DNA of 20,895 nucleotides from a virus (Duplodnaviria; Heunggongvirae; Uroviricota; Caudoviricetes): IMG/VR virus record IMGVR_UViG_2671180460_000003, positions 1 to 20,895 of that record; one strand, 5' to 3'. Shown piece by piece: positions 16,656 to 20,895 of this stretch (position 1 is its first letter; each line of letters starts with the position of its first letter). The notes under the pieces were generated by a model. It saw only the letters and a program-made list of their open reading frames with translations, ran no database searches and was not told where the DNA came from. The position numbers and the translations under genes were made by a program.

Positions 16656-17730
16656 CAGTCAGTTTTATCGCCCCGGCCTCCCGCAACTTATTTCTATGAT
16701 CCGGAGCGATTTATTAACCCGCTTTGAGCAGGATACGCTGCTTCGTCGTATGGATGCGGAAGTGTATGCCCGTGTACAGGCTGCAGCCGTACACACGTTA
16801 TACGGGTATATCGATTATCTTGCCAGAAATCTGTTGCCGGACATGTGTGATGAAGACTGGTTGTACCGGCACGCCAGAATCAAACGCTGCCCGCGAAAAG
16901 ATGCGGTGGCAGCCCGGGGATTTGTGCGCTGGGATGGCGTAGAGGGGACGCCGGTATTGCCAGCGGGAACGCAGATCCAGCGTGATGATCAGGTGACCTT
17001 CACCACGACGGCGACGGTGACCGCAGCCGATGGTCTTCTCCGGGTGCCTGTTGTGGCAGACGAACCGGGATCGGCTGGGAATACGGATGATGGTATTGCC
17101 ATGCAGCTGGGAACACCCGTCAGTGGTCTGCCGTCCACAGGGTACGCAGACACCATTACAGACGGTGAAGATATTGAAAATCTGGAAATATGGCGTGCCC
17201 GCGTTATGGAACGTTATTACTACATTCCACAGGGGGGCGCAGACCCTGATTATGTTATCTGGGCGAAAGAAGTTCAGGGTATTAACCGTGCATGGACTTT
17301 CAGACACTGGAAAGGGATTGGAACGGTTGGCGTGATGGTGGCGACAAACGATCCGGAACACCCGGCCCCGGATGAAAGCGTGATTAACGCAGTCAGGGAC
17401 CACATCCTTCCTCTGGCACCTGTTGCCGGAAGCGGATTGTATGTATTCGGTGCCACAGAAAAAGTCATTCCGATGACGATTGCGTTATCGAAAGACACAC
17501 CGCAGATCAGGGCGGCAATAAAATCAGAACTGAATGCGCTGATGTTCCGGGATGGTGTGCCGGAAGGGCGCATGTATCTGTCCAGAATCAGCGAGGCTAT
17601 CAGTTTATCTGCAGGTGAGGTGGCCCATCGACTTATCGACCCTTCATCGGATATTGACCTGGGGGAAACTGAGCTTCCGGTGCTCGGGGAGATCACATGG
17701 CAGGCTTATGACCCGGTAAGGAGTAAATAA
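16648..17730 (+). CDS. Baseplate J-like protein (Mu gp47-like)
   Basis: 360-aa ORF overlapping its neighbours. Size and order match baseplate J. Confidence 0.85.
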   Translation: MADSQFYRPGLPQLISMIRSDLLTRFEQDTLLRRMDAEVYARVQAAAVHTLYGYIDYLARNLLPDMCDEDWLYRHARIKRCPRKDAVAARGFVRWDGVEGTPVLPAGTQIQRDDQVTFTTTATVTAADGLLRVPVVADEPGSAGNTDDGIAMQLGTPVSGLPSTGYADTITDGEDIENLEIWRARVMERYYYIPQGGADPDYVIWAKEVQGINRAWTFRHWKGIGTVGVMVATNDPEHPAPDESVINAVRDHILPLAPVAGSGLYVFGATEKVIPMTIALSKDTPQIRAAIKSELNALMFRDGVPEGRMYLSRISEAISLSAGEVAHRLIDPSSDIDLGETELPVLGEITWQAYDPVRSK

Positions 17731-18320
17731 TGGATACGTTACAGGATGATTATACAAAATTGTTGTATGGCCTGATGCCGCCGGGACCTGCATGGTCAGA
17801 TACCGACGGTGTACTTGACGGTCTGGCACCATCGCTTGTGCGTGTTCACCAGCGGGCTGATGAACTGGTGATTGAAATCGATCCCGGTCAGTCCACAGAG
17901 CTGATTGAACGTTATGAAGAATTGTATGGTTTACCTGATTCCTGTTCCCCTGTCGGAACCCAGACATTACGCCAGCGTCAGCAACGTCTTGAAGCAAAAG
18001 CCAATGTGGCTGGTGGCATAAATAAGCAGTTCTTCCTGGATCAGCTTGAGGCGCTGGGATATACCGGCGTGACGATCGAACAGTTCCAGCACCTGGATGC
18101 AAGCCCCGATCCGGAATGGGGGGATCGCTGGCGTTATTTCTGGCGTGTGACGTTGCCGGTGGATGCCGGTGCTCAGTGGCAGACATGCACGGATGCCTGC
18201 AACACACCGATCCGGACGTGGGGCGATACGGTTGCGGAGTGCGTGATTAATAAATTATGTCCGTCGCATACCGTTGTTTTATTTTCTTATCCAGAGGAGG
18301 CTGAGGATGCACAGGATTGA
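17730..18320 (+). CDS. Tail protein, Mu gp48 / YmfQ-like (P2 gpI analogue)
   Basis: 196-aa ORF with RBS AAGGAG. N-terminus MDTLQDDYTKLLYGLMPPGPAW is typical of this family. Immediately precedes the tail fiber gene. Confidence 0.8.
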   Translation: MDTLQDDYTKLLYGLMPPGPAWSDTDGVLDGLAPSLVRVHQRADELVIEIDPGQSTELIERYEELYGLPDSCSPVGTQTLRQRQQRLEAKANVAGGINKQFFLDQLEALGYTGVTIEQFQHLDASPDPEWGDRWRYFWRVTLPVDAGAQWQTCTDACNTPIRTWGDTVAECVINKLCPSHTVVLFSYPEEAEDAQD

Positions 18321-19515
18321 TACGCTGACAGCGGTAAAAGATAAGTTTGGTCCGGGCAAGAACGGATTTACTGACGGAAATCTTCGCACAGGACGTCTTG
18401 CCACCTGGCTGAACAGTGCCATGTGGGATGCCATTCAGGAGGAAATCTGTGGTGTCATTGAGAAGGCCGGGATAGAACTGAATAAAGAAGAACACGATCA
18501 GCTATATAAAGCCATATTATTACTGGTGGGCGGTGCAATTAACGAAGAGGCATTGCTGAGGAAAAATAATCTTTCGGATGTGGAAGACAAGGATGAGGCT
18601 GTTGAAAACCTCGGATTAAAACCCACGGTGGACAAGGCAAAAAATGCCGTTCAGCGTGATGGTGACACCATGATCGGGGAACTTAAAATCCGTGGTGTTA
18701 ATGCGCTGAGGATTTTCAACGACGCTTTTGGTCTTATTTTTCGTCGTTCGGAAGAGTTCCTGTATCTTATTCCAACACAGGAAAACCAGGGTGAAAATGG
18801 CGATATTGGTCCACTTCGCCCGTTCACTATTAATCTGCGGACGGGTGAAATATCCATGTCGCATAAAGTGTCTGTTGGCGGCGGTTCTCAGGTCAATGGT
18901 GCGCTTGGTATCGGTGTTCAGAACGCGCTGGGCGGAAACTCAATTGCTTTCGGGGATAACGATACCGGCCTGAAACAAAACGGCGATGGCATTCTGGATG
19001 TTTATGCGAATGGTCAGCATGTATTTCGTTTTCAGAATGGCGTGGCGATGGCGTTAAAAAATATTCAGGCCGGAAATGGCAGAATGTTTACGCTATCCAG
19101 TTCTGACAGTTCCACGAAGAACGTAGGGTTTAATTTATGGGGCAATCCATCCAGACCTGTAGTTGCAGAACTTGGTGATGATTCCGGCTGGCATTTCTAC
19201 AGTCAGAGAAATACAGACGGTAGCGTCACATTCGCTGTAAACGGACAGATGACCCCATCAAACTATGGAAATTTCGATGCCCGTTACCAGCAGCGAAATG
19301 GCGGCGTGCAGGATGTGCGTTATGGTTCCGAAATGTATTACAACCCGGGAGGTAACCAGATATCCTGGACATTTCGCTCACCTTCAGGCCACGGATTATC
19401 AGGTATTAATGTGCAGGAAACCGGGAGTAATTCGGCAGATAACATTGGCGGTGTGTATTACCGACCGCTTCAGAAACTGATTAACGGCACCTGGTATAAC
19501 GTGGCGAGTGTTTAA
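18307..19515 (+). CDS. Tail fiber protein (short Mu S-like N-terminus fused to a P2 gpH-like C-terminal domain)
   Basis: ATG 18307 is preceded by GAGGAGG. The C-terminal portion (GGNSIAFGDNDTGLKQNGDGILDVYANGQHVFRFQNGVAMALKNIQAG ... INGTWYNVASV) closely resembles what I recall of the P2 gpH C-terminus. The ORF track start at 18274 lacks an RBS. Confidence 0.85.
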   Translation: MHRIDTLTAVKDKFGPGKNGFTDGNLRTGRLATWLNSAMWDAIQEEICGVIEKAGIELNKEEHDQLYKAILLLVGGAINEEALLRKNNLSDVEDKDEAVENLGLKPTVDKAKNAVQRDGDTMIGELKIRGVNALRIFNDAFGLIFRRSEEFLYLIPTQENQGENGDIGPLRPFTINLRTGEISMSHKVSVGGGSQVNGALGIGVQNALGGNSIAFGDNDTGLKQNGDGILDVYANGQHVFRFQNGVAMALKNIQAGNGRMFTLSSSDSSTKNVGFNLWGNPSRPVVAELGDDSGWHFYSQRNTDGSVTFAVNGQMTPSNYGNFDARYQQRNGGVQDVRYGSEMYYNPGGNQISWTFRSPSGHGLSGINVQETGSNSADNIGGVYYRPLQKLINGTWYNVASV

Positions 19516-19517
19516 CA

Positions 19518-20063
19518 ATGTTGCATTTAAAAAATATTACTGCGGGTAATCCGAAAACCGCAGAACAATACCAGATGACAAAAAAATATGATGTTACCTG
19601 GCTTTTTTCGGAAGACGACAAAAACTGGTATGAAGAACTGAAGAATTTCGCCAGCGACACAATAAAAATAGCTTACACCGGAGATGGTCGCGTGGTATGG
19701 GTCGGTAAGGATGTGACAGGCATTGAACCCCGCAACACCAGTGTTATTGAGGTTCCGGACATTACCGCTAACCGTCGCATTACCGCACCGGGTTACTGGT
19801 TCTACCGCAATGATGAATTTGTTTTCGACTACAAACTTAAAGCGGAAGATGAACGCGATGCCCTGTTACAACAGGCCAGCATCATGACCAGCGAGTGGGA
19901 AAAGGATTTATTGCTGGGGTTAATCAGCAACGAAGACAGGGAAAAGCTGAAAGCGTACCGCATTTACGCGAAATCGCTGCAGGCGATGGATTTCAGCACC
20001 ATCACTGATAAAGTCTCATATAACGCCATTGAATGGCCCGTCTCTCCGGAAGCCTCTTCCTGA
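19518..20063 (+). CDS. Tail fiber assembly protein (Tfa, P2 gpG / Mu U-like)
   Basis: 181-aa ORF immediately after the fiber gene. N-terminus MLHLKNITAGNPKTAEQYQ is the characteristic Tfa start. Confidence 0.85.
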   Translation: MLHLKNITAGNPKTAEQYQMTKKYDVTWLFSEDDKNWYEELKNFASDTIKIAYTGDGRVVWVGKDVTGIEPRNTSVIEVPDITANRRITAPGYWFYRNDEFVFDYKLKAEDERDALLQQASIMTSEWEKDLLLGLISNEDREKLKAYRIYAKSLQAMDFSTITDKVSYNAIEWPVSPEASS

Positions 20064-20086
20064 TTTAATTTATCGCGAGAAAAACT

Positions 20087-20895
20087 ATGTCTGTAGTGAT
20101 ATCAGGTGCGCTGATTGATGGCGCAGGTATCCCCATGTCCGGATGCCACATTATTCTGAAATCCCGGGTAAACACCTCAGAGGTGGTGATGCGCACAGTT
20201 GCCGACGTGGTGACAGGAAACTGTGGCGAGTACTGTTTTGAGGCGCAGACCGGAAAATATTGCGTATATCTGAAACAGGGCTGGCGCGACGAGTACTGTG
20301 TTGGCGATATTGCTGTATACGACGACTCAAAGCCCGGCACGCTGAACGATTTTCTGACTGCCCTGGATGAAGGCGACCTCAAACCCGACGTGGTGAAACG
20401 ATTTGAGGAAATGGTGGCGCAGGCGCAGCAGGGTGCCGAAACCGCAACAGAAAGCGAACGACAGGCAGGGCAACATGCGGATGCTGCCGCCCGGGCAAAA
20501 GAAGAGGTAAAAAAACTGGCGGAAGGTGTTCAGCAGAACGCCGACGCTGTTGCGGAGGGTAAACAACAGGCCGAAAATCTGGCCTCGCAGGTTGAGAATG
20601 CCGCCGCAGAGGTAAAAAAGGACGCTGAAGCTGCTAAACAGGCCGCATCCGGTGCAGAGCAGGCCAGAGCAGATATTGATACTGCGTTATCTGCGACACT
20701 GAAAACGGCGAATCGCCTGTCAGAGCTGGCTGATGAAGGTGAAGAGGCTCAGCAGGAATCCCGTGATAATCTTGGACTGAAAAGCGCAGCCACAATGACG
20801 CCACAGAGCGACATTCGTGACCGGACTGAAGGCCGTCTGGCGACACCTGGCGCATTTGGTTTTGGGCATATTTTTCTGCCCGCAGAGCGTATCCG
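20087..20895 (+). CDS. Second tail fiber protein, lambdoid side-tail-fiber type, 5' portion only (runs off the window)
   Basis: Frame open from ATG 20087 to the window end, so it is absent from the ORF track. N-terminus MSVVISGALIDGAGIPMSGCHIILKSRVNTSEVVMRTVADVV...DIAVYDDSKPGTLNDFLTALDEGDLKPDVVKRFEEMV matches the prophage tail fibre N-terminal domain of Stf-like proteins (from memory), followed by an Ala/Glu/Gln-rich coiled-coil-like tract. Confidence 0.8.
   Translation, partial: MSVVISGALIDGAGIPMSGCHIILKSRVNTSEVVMRTVADVVTGNCGEYCFEAQTGKYCVYLKQGWRDEYCVGDIAVYDDSKPGTLNDFLTALDEGDLKPDVVKRFEEMVAQAQQGAETATESERQAGQHADAAARAKEEVKKLAEGVQQNADAVAEGKQQAENLASQVENAAAEVKKDAEAAKQAASGAEQARADIDTALSATLKTANRLSELADEGEEAQQESRDNLGLKSAATMTPQSDIRDRTEGRLATPGAFGFGHIFLPAERI

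Noticed and set aside
16798-18207. Several 140- to 200-aa minus-strand ORFs (16798-17403, 17274-17696, 17644-18207) antisense to the baseplate genes
   Set aside because: All lie inside confidently assigned plus-strand baseplate genes. Compositions are His/Arg/Cys/Pro-rich in the way typical of antisense frames.
19549-19561. Second GAAAACC motif (CCGAAAACCGCAG) near the 5' end of the Tfa gene, as a possible partner crossover site
   Set aside because: Matches only the 7-bp core of one half-site and is in direct rather than inverted orientation relative to the motif at 18599-18624. Most likely coincidental.
1-20895. Searched for CRISPR arrays, tRNA genes, integrase or att sites, and defence-system hallmarks (reverse transcriptase, Walker ATPase plus nuclease pairs, TA pairs)
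   Set aside because: No regularly spaced direct repeats, no tRNA-like cloverleaf candidates noticed, and every sizeable ORF is accounted for by phage lysis, packaging, head or tail functions. The only unassigned cargo candidates are the small ORFs in 473-990 and 3739-3921.

Overview
This window is an almost uninterrupted, plus-strand late-gene block of a temperate tailed phage or prophage, probably from an enterobacterial host. Order, left to right: 3' tail of a holin, an M15-type endolysin, a small lipoprotein gene and a reverse-strand small membrane protein in an AT-rich island, an HNH endonuclease, a GC-rich candidate cos region, P27-type small terminase, large terminase, HK97-type portal, prohead protease and major capsid, head-tail connector proteins, then a Mu-like contractile tail module (sheath, tube, frameshift-type chaperone, tape measure, DNA circulation protein, baseplate gpP/gpV/gp46/gp47/gp48 homologues), and finally a host-range cassette with a tail fiber, a tail fiber assembly chaperone and the 5' part of a second, lambdoid-type side tail fiber running off the window. 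The HK97-like head plus Mu-like tail layout resembles SfV-type mosaic myoviruses (recollection, not verified by search). All family assignments are from reading the translated ORFs and recalling motifs; no searches were run. No rRNA, tRNA, CRISPR array, integrase or attachment site is visible. I do not see a convincing new multi-gene system; the best candidates for non-structural cargo are the island at 473-990 and the fiber cassette.
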